From assembly GCA_963847695.1 (NCBI GenBank), contig CAWKAX010000029.1:2150-66149 (forward strand): a stretch of 64,000 nucleotides of DNA, written 5' to 3'. This document shows, one piece after another, positions 38,238 to 47,880 of this stretch. Source of the DNA: an uncultured Acidobacteriota bacterium. Lineage in GTDB: Bacteria > Acidobacteriota > Terriglobia > Acidiferrales > UBA7541. Both the position numbers and the translations under genes were made by a program. Under the pieces are notes generated by a model that did no database searches, was not told where the DNA came from, and was given only the letters and a program-made list of their open reading frames with translations. Numbering within the stretch: position 1 is the stretch's first letter; each line of letters opens with the position of its first letter.

Positions 38238-39446
38238 ATGAAAACGAAGACTCCGACGATTGAAGCGCCAGTGAAACCTAAGCAGCGGCCGGGCGGGAGC
38301 GCGGCTTCTGAAGCGGCTGCGGAGCCGGAAATTATTGGCTCGCTGGCCGAGGTGCGGCCGCGCAAGTTGAGCACGAATGGCCATGGGCACGCCAAACGCA
38401 TCGCCGTGATTCCGGGCGACGGGATCGGCAAGGAAGTGATTCCGGAGGCGGTGAAAGTATTGAAGGCCGCGGCTGCCGCGGGTTCGCGGGAAGTGAAGCT
38501 GACGGAATTCGATTGGGGCGCGGACCGTTACCTGCGCGACGGCGTGACTTTGCCGGCGGACGCGGTGGAAATGTTTCATCGCGACTTCGACGCGATTCTG
38601 CTGGGCGCCATGGGCGACCCGCGGGTGCCGACCAACGTACATGCCGCGGACATACTGTTGGGATTGCGGTTCAAGCTGGATTTGTACGTAAACGCCCGGC
38701 CCTGCGTGATGTTCGACAAGAAATTCACGCCGCTGAAGGATCGCACCGAGAAAGACGTGCAGTTCATGGTCTTCCGCGAGAACACCGAAGGCCTGTATGT
38801 GGGCATGGGCGGGAATTTCAAGAAGGGCACGGCGGACGAGGTCGCGATTCAGGAGGATGTGAATACGCGCAAGGGCGTGGAGCGGATTATCCGCTACGCG
38901 TTTGAATACGCCGAGGAACGCGGGCTGAAGCGCGTCTGCATGAGCGACAAATCGAACGCGCTGACTTTTGCGCACGATCTATGGCAGCGCGTGTTCAAGG
39001 CCGTGCGCGCCGAGTATCCCGGGATCGAGGCTTCGCACCAGTACATCGATAACCTGTTGATGCAGATGGTGCGGGATCCTTCGCAGTTCCAGGTGATCGT
39101 CACTTCGAATCTGTTCGGCGATATTGCCAGCGACCTGGGCGCGCAGCTGGCGGGCGGCCTGGGCCTCGCGCCATCCGGGAATATTCATCCCGGGCAGGTG
39201 TCGCTGTTCGAGCCGGTACACGGTTCGGCGCCGAATATCGCGGGCAAGGGAATTGCGAATCCGCTAGGCTCGATCCTGACGGTCGGGATGATGTTCGAGT
39301 ATTTGGGGTGGAAGGCGGAAGCGGCGGCGATTGATCGGGCCGCGCGAGCGGCGCTGGCGGCAGGAAAGACTCCGGCGGAATTGGGCGGCACGTTATCGAC
39401 ACGAGAAGTTGGAGATTGGATAGCGAACGAAGTGGCCAAAACATAA
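38238..39446 (+). CDS. isocitrate/isopropylmalate dehydrogenase family protein (3-isopropylmalate / tartrate dehydrogenase-like) with a ~45-aa N-terminal extension
   Basis: IAVIPGDGIGKEV, FRENTEGLY, SNLFGDIASDL and HGSAPNIAGKGIANP motifs. No leu operon context. Confidence 0.8.
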   Translation: MKTKTPTIEAPVKPKQRPGGSAASEAAAEPEIIGSLAEVRPRKLSTNGHGHAKRIAVIPGDGIGKEVIPEAVKVLKAAAAAGSREVKLTEFDWGADRYLRDGVTLPADAVEMFHRDFDAILLGAMGDPRVPTNVHAADILLGLRFKLDLYVNARPCVMFDKKFTPLKDRTEKDVQFMVFRENTEGLYVGMGGNFKKGTADEVAIQEDVNTRKGVERIIRYAFEYAEERGLKRVCMSDKSNALTFAHDLWQRVFKAVRAEYPGIEASHQYIDNLLMQMVRDPSQFQVIVTSNLFGDIASDLGAQLAGGLGLAPSGNIHPGQVSLFEPVHGSAPNIAGKGIANPLGSILTVGMMFEYLGWKAEAAAIDRAARAALAAGKTPAELGGTLSTREVGDWIANEVAKT

Positions 39447-39637
39447 GCCGAAAAAGATACTGCTTTACCTTCGCGGGAGCGGGAAGAACCCGCCACCCTA
39501 GCGAAACCCTACCTCAAAATAAAACTTCTTGACAAAACTTAACATAAGGCTCAAATTCCGCGCAAGCGGGCCCCGAAACGCAAACAGGCTTTAATTTTCC
39601 GTATTCACTTGGATTCGACCCCCGCAGGGAGGCTACT

Positions 39638-40516
39638 TTGGAAACCGTGATGGGAGTGTTTACGTCTCGCGATCGTGCTGAACAGTCTCTAAAAGCTTTG
39701 CTTGAACATGGTGTGCCGGAACGCGAAATCGTTTTCCTCAGCCGATCGGAGAGCGAAGCGGTAGCGTTGGGCAAGGAAATCGGAGGTACGGCGGGAGGTC
39801 TAGCAGGAGGCGCGGTGGGTCTCGGCGCCGGAATGGTGGTCGCTTCGCTCGCGCTGATTCCTGGGTTGGGACAAGTGTTCGCTGTTGGTGTGGGCGCGGC
39901 GGCGCTGCTGGGATTCCTAGGCAAGCAGACCGGAACAGTTGTCGGCGAGAAAGTCGGAAGAACCGACGAAGTTCCCGCTCCGGCGACAGCCGCCAAGGCC
40001 GCTGAAGATCACGAAACATTCGTGGAAGTGCTGAAGGAAGGCCGCTCGTTGCTGGTTGTCCGGACCGAATCAGCGGCGACCGCCCGGGCCGCTTCGGAGG
40101 TTCTGGACGCCGCTACGATTGCCGCGCAACCGGTATCCGCGCGAAAGATGCAAGCCGGAGTACGACAAGTTTCGGCGGACGTGACGGCCGTTGATGTAAA
40201 GGGGCGCATCGTTATCGGCGAAGGCAACGTGATGTTGCGCGAGATGATCCAGCAACTGGTGGAAAGCGGAAACCGGAGAGTGCTATTGGTGCTGGAGGAA
40301 GTCGAGCACATTGACAGTTCGGGAATCGGAGAGCTGGTGCGCGCGCACACGGCCATCCGCAGAGCCAGCGGGCAACTGAAAATTGTGAAACCCAGCGCCA
40401 AGGTCAACGACATGCTGCACATGACCATGCTGCACAAAGTGCTGGACGTGCATCCGGATGAAGCCAGCGCGATTCAGTCGTTTAGCTCCGGAAGCGCGGC
40501 GGCCGCTGGACGGTAA
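39638..40516 (+). CDS. membrane-anchored fusion: stress-protein-like N-terminal domain, glycine-zipper TM segment, C-terminal STAS (anti-sigma-factor antagonist) domain
   Basis: TTG start 5 nt after GGGAGG. Segments in order: GVFTSRDRAEQSLKALLEHGVPEREI; GGTAGGLAGGAVGLGAGMVVASLALIPGLGQVFAVGVGAAALLGFLG; then STAS with VLLVLEEVEHIDSSGIGELV (DSSG phospho-serine motif). Confidence 0.7.
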   Translation: METVMGVFTSRDRAEQSLKALLEHGVPEREIVFLSRSESEAVALGKEIGGTAGGLAGGAVGLGAGMVVASLALIPGLGQVFAVGVGAAALLGFLGKQTGTVVGEKVGRTDEVPAPATAAKAAEDHETFVEVLKEGRSLLVVRTESAATARAASEVLDAATIAAQPVSARKMQAGVRQVSADVTAVDVKGRIVIGEGNVMLREMIQQLVESGNRRVLLVLEEVEHIDSSGIGELVRAHTAIRRASGQLKIVKPSAKVNDMLHMTMLHKVLDVHPDEASAIQSFSSGSAAAAGR

Positions 40517-40551
40517 GAAATAAAAAGTGATGGTCCAAGCAATGGCGCGAG

Positions 40552-41196
40552 CTACGGCCAGTTCGACTTGATTGCTGGGTCGGCTTGCAGAATGCTGCCT
40601 TGCACCAGATCGGTTTTGACCGTCATTTTCTGATTGGCGAGCAGGTCGATGTCAGTTTCAAAAGTTCGATACCCCGCTAGAGCGATTTTGATTTTGTGCT
40701 TTCCCGGCGCAATCAGCATCCCTTTGCCCACGCCTTTGAAATCGCTGACGCTGCCGGCGAAAGCTCCATCCAGAAAAACTGCCGCGCGTTCCGGAGTTAC
40801 GTCGATTTTCACCTGCGCCGTTACCTTGGAATAGACCGCGTTAGGATCTTTTTCCAGGCGCACGGTCACCAACAGAGTTTTGCCCGGCTCGACGACGACT
40901 TTCTGGTCCTCATTCAGGTAGCCGGCCTGCCGAATCGAAATGGCGTGTTCGCCAGGAAGCAGCAGGACTTTCTTGTCGCCCTTCAGTTCTTTTACGAAAC
41001 CGACGTACTGGTTGTCCACCCATACGCCCGATTCTTTGTCGGACTTCATCACACCTTTGAAATCAACCTGGCCCATCACACTATTTGCCACCGGGTTTTG
41101 ATTCTGATTCTGGGCGGCACGGGGAAGAGGGAACAAGCTGACAACGGCTAGCAACAGGGCGGAGGGCCAAATCAGAATCGATTGCGAAGAAAGCAT
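40552..41196 (-). CDS. secreted PEGA domain protein (two PEGA-like repeats)
   Basis: Signal peptide. GVWVDNQYVGF...LLLPGEHAISIRQAGY and AAVFLDGAFAGS...LIAPGKHKIKIALAGYRTFE. Confidence 0.7.
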   Translation of the reverse strand: MLSSQSILIWPSALLLAVVSLFPLPRAAQNQNQNPVANSVMGQVDFKGVMKSDKESGVWVDNQYVGFVKELKGDKKVLLLPGEHAISIRQAGYLNEDQKVVVEPGKTLLVTVRLEKDPNAVYSKVTAQVKIDVTPERAAVFLDGAFAGSVSDFKGVGKGMLIAPGKHKIKIALAGYRTFETDIDLLANQKMTVKTDLVQGSILQADPAIKSNWP

Positions 41197-41448
41197 TCGT
41201 GCCTCCTTGGTTCAAGTACAGGTTGAATGGCGCGCGGCCACTCTGACGACGCGCTCGATGCAAAGTTCGAACTGGTCAATTATCGAACTTCAAGCAGCAG
41301 ACGAGAATACATGGATGGGTGTATTTGGTTGAGGTGCAGCCTTCGCGCGGGTCTCAACTGCTGGTTGCAGTGTCGGCTGGCGACGAAGTTGGCGTGATGC
41401 AGCGAGTCGATTACCGGCCGGTAGCGGCTTCAAGTGGCGCCTGATGTT

Positions 41449-42618
41449 TTACAGTTCGCGCAATGCCAGCGCAATGGGACGACGCGCGGCCCGGACCGCC
41501 GGCGGAACACCTCCGGCGAGGCCCATCAGCAGCGCAAAGATAATTCCAGCCACGAGCAGCATGGGCGTGACCTTGAAGGCGAATGCCAGGTGCGAGAACG
41601 TCTGCATGTTCATCGTGCCGGTGGTGAAGCCGTTCAGAGGCAGCACGAAGATGCAGCCGAGAATTCCACCGATCAGGGCAATAGTCATGGCTTCGAAGAT
41701 GAAAGAAATAGCGATGCTGCTGCCAGCGAATCCAATGGCGCGCATGGTGGCGATCTCGCGCGAGCGTTCGGAAACCGCGGAATACATGGTGTTGAGCGCT
41801 CCAATCACGGCGCCGATGCCCATGATGACGGCGACCAAGCCGCCCAGCACGGTGATCAGCGTAGTGAGCACCTGCGACTGGCGGGCGTAGTAGTCCAGTT
41901 CGCGGTCGACCTGCACGGTGAGCTTGGGGTCGGCGGTGAGGTTATCTTTCAGCTGATTGAATGCATCCGGCGAAGTCATGCGCACGGTGAGCGACTGATA
42001 AAGATTTTCTGGGCGCTTGTAGACCTGATTCAACACGCGGCTGTCGGCCCAGACCTCAGAATCAAATGCGCTGCCGCCGGCGTCGAAAACGCCGACGACA
42101 TTCCAGGTCTGCCCGCCGAAATTGATCGTCTTGCCGTACTCGAGGTTTTCGTAGGTCGAAGCGACGTTTTTGCCGATGACCAGTTCCGCGAGGCCGGGCT
42201 GAAAGAAACGGCCCTCGACGATTTTAATATTCGGCCGAACCTTTAGCACCATGGGAGAAACGCCGCGGACTTGCACGTTGGCGTTGGTGCCGGTGGCTTT
42301 CAGATTGAATCCGGCGATGACCACGGCTTCGGGACTGACTAACGGCTGCCCATCTTCGCGAGCAATCCCGGGCGCGTCTTCGATTACTTTCACCTGATCG
42401 AGCGCGACCGAACCGTCGAGTTCAGCGGAAGATCCGGCGCGGCGAATCAGAGCATTCTGCGGAGAGCCGGACTGCACCAGCGTCGCGTGGAATCCGCGCG
42501 CCAGCGCCAGCATGGCGCAAAAAACCGCGACGGTTCCGGCGATACCCAGCACCGCAACGATGGCTGAGAGCCAGCGGGCGCGCATGCTGCGCAAGTTGTA
42601 GACGATGGGGATGGCCAT
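41449..42618 (-). CDS. ABC transporter permease (FtsX/MacB-type)
   Basis: 389 aa. N-terminal TM, a periplasmic MacB-like domain, and a C-terminal FtsX 3-TM bundle. Confidence 0.85.
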   Translation of the reverse strand: MAIPIVYNLRSMRARWLSAIVAVLGIAGTVAVFCAMLALARGFHATLVQSGSPQNALIRRAGSSAELDGSVALDQVKVIEDAPGIAREDGQPLVSPEAVVIAGFNLKATGTNANVQVRGVSPMVLKVRPNIKIVEGRFFQPGLAELVIGKNVASTYENLEYGKTINFGGQTWNVVGVFDAGGSAFDSEVWADSRVLNQVYKRPENLYQSLTVRMTSPDAFNQLKDNLTADPKLTVQVDRELDYYARQSQVLTTLITVLGGLVAVIMGIGAVIGALNTMYSAVSERSREIATMRAIGFAGSSIAISFIFEAMTIALIGGILGCIFVLPLNGFTTGTMNMQTFSHLAFAFKVTPMLLVAGIIFALLMGLAGGVPPAVRAARRPIALALREL

Positions 42619-42621
42619 GAA

Positions 42622-43761
42622 TCAAATCCTCCGAAGCGCGTCGACCACGCGCAGGCGCATGGCCGTGGTGGCCGGCATGATTCCCGCCAGCAAGCCGATG
42701 CCGATGGCGGCAAGAATTCCGAGCAGCATCGAGGAGGCGGGCAGAAAGAAAGTCTGCAGCACACCGCCCGTGGGATCGCCGCCTAGCGTAAATAATTTTG
42801 CGAGGAGCAGCCCGATCGCGCCGCCGACGATGGCCACGAAGACCGATTCGGCCAGCACGATGAACAGCACGAAACGGTCAGAGAATCCGACGGCTTTCAT
42901 CGTGGCCAATTCGCCCATGCGTTCGCGCACCGCGAGCGCCATGGTGTTTCCGGTGACCAGCAACAGCGTGAAGAAAACGACGCCGCCAATGGCTAGGATA
43001 AGGAATTCGATGTTGCCTGCTTGCTTGACCCAGGACGCGGCCATTTCAGCCAGCGTCTCGGTTTTGGTCTCAAACGGGGAATTAGCGAACATTTTGTCGA
43101 TGGTCTGGATGACCCGGGTGGAGTCGTCGGGCGAATCGAGTTTCACCGTGTACCAGCCGGTCTGACCCTTGCCGAAGGTGCGGCGCTCTTCGAGGTATTG
43201 TTTCTGGAGCCAGAATTGGGTCAGGTCTTCGCCGTCCCGTGGGCTGTTGTAAATGCCGCGAATGTTAAATTCCCAGACGCCGCCGTAAATCGGGGCCTGC
43301 AAGGGCACGCGATCGCCAATTTTCCAGTGGAAGCGGTCGGCGGTTTTCTTGCCGACGATCGCGCCTTCGCGGTCGTCTACAAAAGCTTTCCATTGGTCGT
43401 CTGAAACCGCCAGCTCGGGAAAGACCAGCCGTTGGGTATCGGGATCGACGGCGAAGCTGGGAAAGAAATTCTTGGGGTCCTGATATATCCCGCCGAACCA
43501 GCTCTGATAGGTGACGTATTTCACTCCCGGGATCCGCTGGATTTGGTCGCGATAGGAAAGGGGCAGCGGCTGGATGATCGAAACCTTATTAATGACCATC
43601 AGCCGGTCGATGCCGACGATGTCCACGCCTCCGCTGAACGCGCCGTGAATGATGGCCAGAAATCCGAACAGAAATAGCGCCACCACAAAAGAGCCGAGCG
43701 TCAGCGCGGTGCGCAGCTTCTTGCGCGTCAGGTTAGCGAAGATCAGCGGCAGATATTTCAC
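42622..43761 (-). CDS. ABC transporter permease (FtsX/MacB-type), second copy
   Basis: 379 aa with the same architecture. GTGA overlap with the upstream ATPase gene. Confidence 0.85.
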   Translation of the reverse strand: MKYLPLIFANLTRKKLRTALTLGSFVVALFLFGFLAIIHGAFSGGVDIVGIDRLMVINKVSIIQPLPLSYRDQIQRIPGVKYVTYQSWFGGIYQDPKNFFPSFAVDPDTQRLVFPELAVSDDQWKAFVDDREGAIVGKKTADRFHWKIGDRVPLQAPIYGGVWEFNIRGIYNSPRDGEDLTQFWLQKQYLEERRTFGKGQTGWYTVKLDSPDDSTRVIQTIDKMFANSPFETKTETLAEMAASWVKQAGNIEFLILAIGGVVFFTLLLVTGNTMALAVRERMGELATMKAVGFSDRFVLFIVLAESVFVAIVGGAIGLLLAKLFTLGGDPTGGVLQTFFLPASSMLLGILAAIGIGLLAGIMPATTAMRLRVVDALRRI

Positions 43762-44498
43762 GTGAGACTCCCGGCGTGGGCGCTTTCCACCAGCACGCCT
43801 TTGTTCAGGTGAAGTGTTGCTTGAGCTCTGTCGGCAGCCATGGGGTCGTGGGTGACCATCAAGATGGTCTTGTTGTGTTCCTTGGAGAAGCGCGTCAGGA
43901 GTTCAAGTATTTCATCAGCACTCTTGCGGTCCAGGTCGCCGGTGGGTTCATCACAAAGTAGAAATGTCGGATCGGCGACGATGGCGCGAGCGATGGCCAC
44001 GCGCTGTTCCTGTCCGCCGGAAAGCTGGCGCGGATAATGGTTCATGCGGTCTTTGAGGCCGACGATGCTTAAAGCGGTTTCGATGTGTGCGTGGCGCTCA
44101 GACTTCGAGAGTTTGGTGAGCAGCAGGGGAAGTTCGACGTTCTGCGCGGCGGTGAGAACGGGAATCAAGTTGTACATCTGAAAAATGAAGCCGACGTGAC
44201 GCGCGCGCCATTCGGTCAGTTTGCCGCTGGACATGTGGGTGACTTCGTCGCCGGCCACGGTGATGCTGCCGTTCGAGGGAACGTCGAGGCCGCCGAGCAG
44301 GTTCAGTAGGGTGGTCTTGCCCGAGCCGCTGGGCCCCATGAAAGCGACGAACTCGCCCTGGTCGACGTCGAGATTCAGCGACTGCAGCACGTGAATCTCT
44401 TCGCCGCCGCGGCGGTAGGTTTTGTCCAGACCGCGGATGCGGATCAGGCTGTTGGAAGTGCCGGTGTTGTCGACTCGAACCATTCGAATGCTCCTCAA
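43758..44498 (-). CDS. ABC transporter ATP-binding protein (MacB/LolD-like)
   Basis: Walker A GPSGSGKTT, signature LSGGQEQR, Walker B LLCDEPTGDLD. Confidence 0.9.
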   Translation of the reverse strand: MRSIRMVRVDNTGTSNSLIRIRGLDKTYRRGGEEIHVLQSLNLDVDQGEFVAFMGPSGSGKTTLLNLLGGLDVPSNGSITVAGDEVTHMSSGKLTEWRARHVGFIFQMYNLIPVLTAAQNVELPLLLTKLSKSERHAHIETALSIVGLKDRMNHYPRQLSGGQEQRVAIARAIVADPTFLLCDEPTGDLDRKSADEILELLTRFSKEHNKTILMVTHDPMAADRAQATLHLNKGVLVESAHAGSLT

Positions 44499-44567
44499 AA
44501 CGCGGCGAGTTTGATGCGCCGTGATAATTACGACTTAAAGCGACACCTTAATTACGAATCGCTCGCT

Positions 44568-45812
44568 TCAACTTCCTTTCTTAACTTGAATCGACTCGCC
44601 GTCGTGCAAGCCCGGGGGACCTTTAGCTACCACGACGTCGCCCGGAGCGAGCCCGGCAAAAATATCGACCTGATCTCCGCGGGGATCGCCGGCTTTCACC
44701 GCGCGGCGTTCAAGCTTGTTTTCCTTCACCAGGAAAACGATCTTGGAGCCGTTGTCATCGCGCACGGCGGAAGACGGAACGGAAGCCACCGGCAGCACGG
44801 CGTTGGCCTGTTTCTTCGGCTCTTCGCCGAGGAACGTCACCTTGACGCCCATGTCCGGCAAAATTTTGGGGTCGAGCTTGATGAACGAAATGCGCACTTT
44901 CACCGTGGCCTTCTGGCGGTCGGCCGTGGGAATCACCGTGCGGACCTTGGAGGGAATCTGCCAGTCGGGATAGGCATCGAGAACCGCAGTGACCAATTGT
45001 CCCGGCTCAACGCGCGCGATGTAGGCTTCGTTGACGTCCACTTCAATTTCGTTAGAGTTCATGTCTACGATGGTGGCGATGCCGGTGCGGGTAAAACCAC
45101 CGCCTGCGGAAATCGGCGAGACCATTTCGCCTACCTGCGCGTCTTTCGAGACCACAATGCCTTCGAACGGCGCGCGAATCACGGTATTGTCGACGGCCTG
45201 CTGCGCTTCGTTGATGCGCGCGACCGAACCGTTGACCTGCTCCTTGGTCAACGCGATTTTCGCGCGCAAGCTATCGGCGCTGGTCAGTGCGTTATCGAGA
45301 ACTTCCTGGCTTTGCACGCCGGCGGCCTGCAATTCCTGGGAGCGATGGACTAGCAGCTCTGCGTTCTTCAGTTGAACTTGATAATCGGCAATCTGCGCCT
45401 GCGTGGAATTGCGATCGGCGACGGCCGAATCGAGCGCGCGCTTCACGTCCGAATCGTCGAGCCGGGCCAGAATCTGTCCTTCCTTTACATGGACGCCTTC
45501 ATCGAAGTACACGCCGATTACGCGGCCGGTGATTTTCGCGGCGATGGTGGCGCGACGCCGCGGCGTGACGTAGCCGCTCGCGTTCAGCAGGGCAGTAGGC
45601 CCACCCGGGCCCGCTTTCTGCGCGGTGGCGACTTCTACGACCGGCGCGCTATTGCGCGAGTAATACGCGGCTCCAGCCACCAGCGCGATCACCAGAATGG
45701 CGGCGAGAATTACACCGACAATCTTGCCCGCCTTGCTTTCTTTGCGTTGCTCTTTATTGATCCGCAGCGCCCCCAGGTCGGGTCGCGTGGGATTGGGCGT
45801 GGTGCTGGACAT
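44568..45812 (-). CDS. efflux transporter periplasmic adaptor (HlyD/MFP family)
   Basis: N-terminal TM, coiled-coil hairpin and beta-barrel segments. The ORF opens at 45836 (TTG); I preferred the ATG at 45812. Confidence 0.85.
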   Translation of the reverse strand: MSSTTPNPTRPDLGALRINKEQRKESKAGKIVGVILAAILVIALVAGAAYYSRNSAPVVEVATAQKAGPGGPTALLNASGYVTPRRRATIAAKITGRVIGVYFDEGVHVKEGQILARLDDSDVKRALDSAVADRNSTQAQIADYQVQLKNAELLVHRSQELQAAGVQSQEVLDNALTSADSLRAKIALTKEQVNGSVARINEAQQAVDNTVIRAPFEGIVVSKDAQVGEMVSPISAGGGFTRTGIATIVDMNSNEIEVDVNEAYIARVEPGQLVTAVLDAYPDWQIPSKVRTVIPTADRQKATVKVRISFIKLDPKILPDMGVKVTFLGEEPKKQANAVLPVASVPSSAVRDDNGSKIVFLVKENKLERRAVKAGDPRGDQVDIFAGLAPGDVVVAKGPPGLHDGESIQVKKGS

Positions 45813-46279
45813 GAAAAACAGGACTCCCTGAATCAAGCTTGCTGACTGCCACTAATATACATTACGCGGCGACCGTCTTGGATATAACGCTGGCCTTGAA
45901 AAATTGTTACGGGATCGATGGAAAAGTAGATGCGGAAATCTCGCCTGCGATGCTAGGGGCCGGACGAATTAGTCGTTGGGGTGGAGGTCGAACGATCGGG
46001 ATGGCGAAATTGTTCCTGAACCTCGGCCCGCAGCGAAGTGATTGACGGAGTACTTTAATGTCACGATTCGAATGCGAGGTTTGAATTGAGGTGTCGGCGA
46101 GCCGCATCTTTTTCTTGATGAGCTACATGAGGTGCGTTGATGGAGCGGGCGGCTACGTCTGCAAGAGATAAGTTAATTATGCGTGCGTCTCGCGATTGGC
46201 ATCATGTATCGCATGAAGGACCCAAGGGCGGCTCGCCTGGGTTTCGGCTAAGACTTGAGCTGTCGATTCGCCGACGGCT

Positions 46280-46978
46280 CTAGGCGTACAGCGCGCGCCG
46301 ATTTCGTTGAGGCATTACTTTAGCTAGCAAAAGTCCCAAGACAAATCCTCCGACGTGCGCCCACCAGGCCACGCCGCCCTGGTCGATGTGACCCGCAGCG
46401 CCGAGCGAGCCAAAAGCGCTGAAGGCCTGGAGCGCAAACCAAAGCCCGATGAAAACCAGAGCGGGTATGCGCGCGCGAAACCAAATGATGAACAGCGTCA
46501 CCAGTGAATAGATCTGCGACGACGGAAACAAAATGATGTATGCGCCCAAGACTCCGGAAATCGCGCCGCTGGCTCCGAGCGCAGGGATGTGCGAGCCCCA
46601 GGAAAACGCAGTTTGCGCGATGCTCGAACCGACTCCGCAGAACAAGTAGAAGATCAGGTACGTAAACGAGCCCATGTGATCTTCCACGTTCGCGCCAAAA
46701 ACCCAGAGAAACCACATATTGCCGATGATGTGCAGCCAGCCGCCGTGCAAAAACATGCAAGTGAACAGCGGGATCAGCGCCTGCGCCAGCGTGTAATGAT
46801 GCCCGGCCAGCGCCAGCGGGATTTTCGACGGCACCGCCGCCCAGGTATTCACGAAAACTTCGGCGGAGTGAGGCGGCAACGTAATCTGATAGATGAAGAC
46901 GGCGACGTTCATGAGGATGAGCACCAGCGTGACGGTGGGAAAGGAGCGGCGCGGGGTCAGGTCCTTCAGCGGGATCAA
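46280..46978 (-). CDS. rhomboid family intramembrane serine protease
   Basis: HGGWLHIIGNMWFLWVFG and the catalytic GASGAISGVLGAY motif. Confidence 0.9.
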   Translation of the reverse strand: MIPLKDLTPRRSFPTVTLVLILMNVAVFIYQITLPPHSAEVFVNTWAAVPSKIPLALAGHHYTLAQALIPLFTCMFLHGGWLHIIGNMWFLWVFGANVEDHMGSFTYLIFYLFCGVGSSIAQTAFSWGSHIPALGASGAISGVLGAYIILFPSSQIYSLVTLFIIWFRARIPALVFIGLWFALQAFSAFGSLGAAGHIDQGGVAWWAHVGGFVLGLLLAKVMPQRNRRALYA

Positions 46979-47133
46979 ACTTTATTTCTCCTGCGCTGCG
47001 CGGCGAAGCCATTCGAAGCGTGCGCGCATCGATTATATCTGCGAAACTGGTTTAGTAATTGCGCCACCTGCTTTGCTGTGTTAAAAATTTTCGCTTCGTC
47101 ACCGGCTCTTGATGCCGCTGGCGAACTGGCCGA

Positions 47134-47880
47134 ATGCCCGTACACGAATCCGAAGCGATTATTTTACAAACGTATCCGCTGGGCGAAGCTGACCGGCTGG
47201 TGAGTTTCTTGTCGCGCTCCATGGGCCGGGTGCGCGGCGTGGCTTCGGGCGCGCGCAAGACCAAGAACCGCTTCGGTTCGACGCTCGAGCGCCTCTCGCA
47301 CGTGCAGATGCGTTTCTACGAAAAGGCCAACAAGGAATTGGTGCGCATTAACGAATGCGAGCTGCTCGAATCCTTCATGAGCGCCTTCAGCGATTACGAT
47401 TCGGGCGTGGCGCTGGCGATTCTGAGCGAAGTGACCGAGACCGTTCTGCCCGATCATGAAGCGTCCGACGCGAATTTTCGTCTACTGCTGCTGACCGCGC
47501 AGACCATCAAGCGCAGCAAGCGTTCGGAACTGCCGCTGGCCTATTTTTGCTTGTGGACCGTGAAACTCGGCGGCTGGCTGCCGCCACTCGACCGCTGCGC
47601 ACGCTGCGGCAGGGCCATGGAAGCGAAAGATTCCGCGTACTTCTCGCCGAGCGCTTCGGCGGTGGCCTGCAGTAAATGCCGCAAGCCGGGCATGCGTACG
47701 CTTACTCCCGCGGCCCTGGCGGCTGCGCGGAAAATTTTGGGCGAGCGCCTGGATAAAATTACCGAAGAAATGGCCCCGCCGCGGGCGTCCCGGGACTTGA
47801 CCGATGTTATGCTGGACCTGATCGAACATCAAATTGGCCGCAAGCTGAATTCGCGAGCCCTGCTGGAGTCGTTGGCGTGA
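47134..47880 (+). CDS. recO: DNA repair protein RecO
   Basis: 248 aa. AIILQTYPLGEADRLVSFLS start and a CxxC...CxxC zinc motif (CARCG...CSKC). Confidence 0.85.
   Translation: MPVHESEAIILQTYPLGEADRLVSFLSRSMGRVRGVASGARKTKNRFGSTLERLSHVQMRFYEKANKELVRINECELLESFMSAFSDYDSGVALAILSEVTETVLPDHEASDANFRLLLLTAQTIKRSKRSELPLAYFCLWTVKLGGWLPPLDRCARCGRAMEAKDSAYFSPSASAVACSKCRKPGMRTLTPAALAAARKILGERLDKITEEMAPPRASRDLTDVMLDLIEHQIGRKLNSRALLESLA

Noticed and set aside
39529-39557. TTGACA-17-CAAATT upstream of the STAS fusion gene, considered as a promoter
   Set aside because: The -35 element is perfect, but the -10 matches only 3 of 6 positions. I did not list it as a feature.
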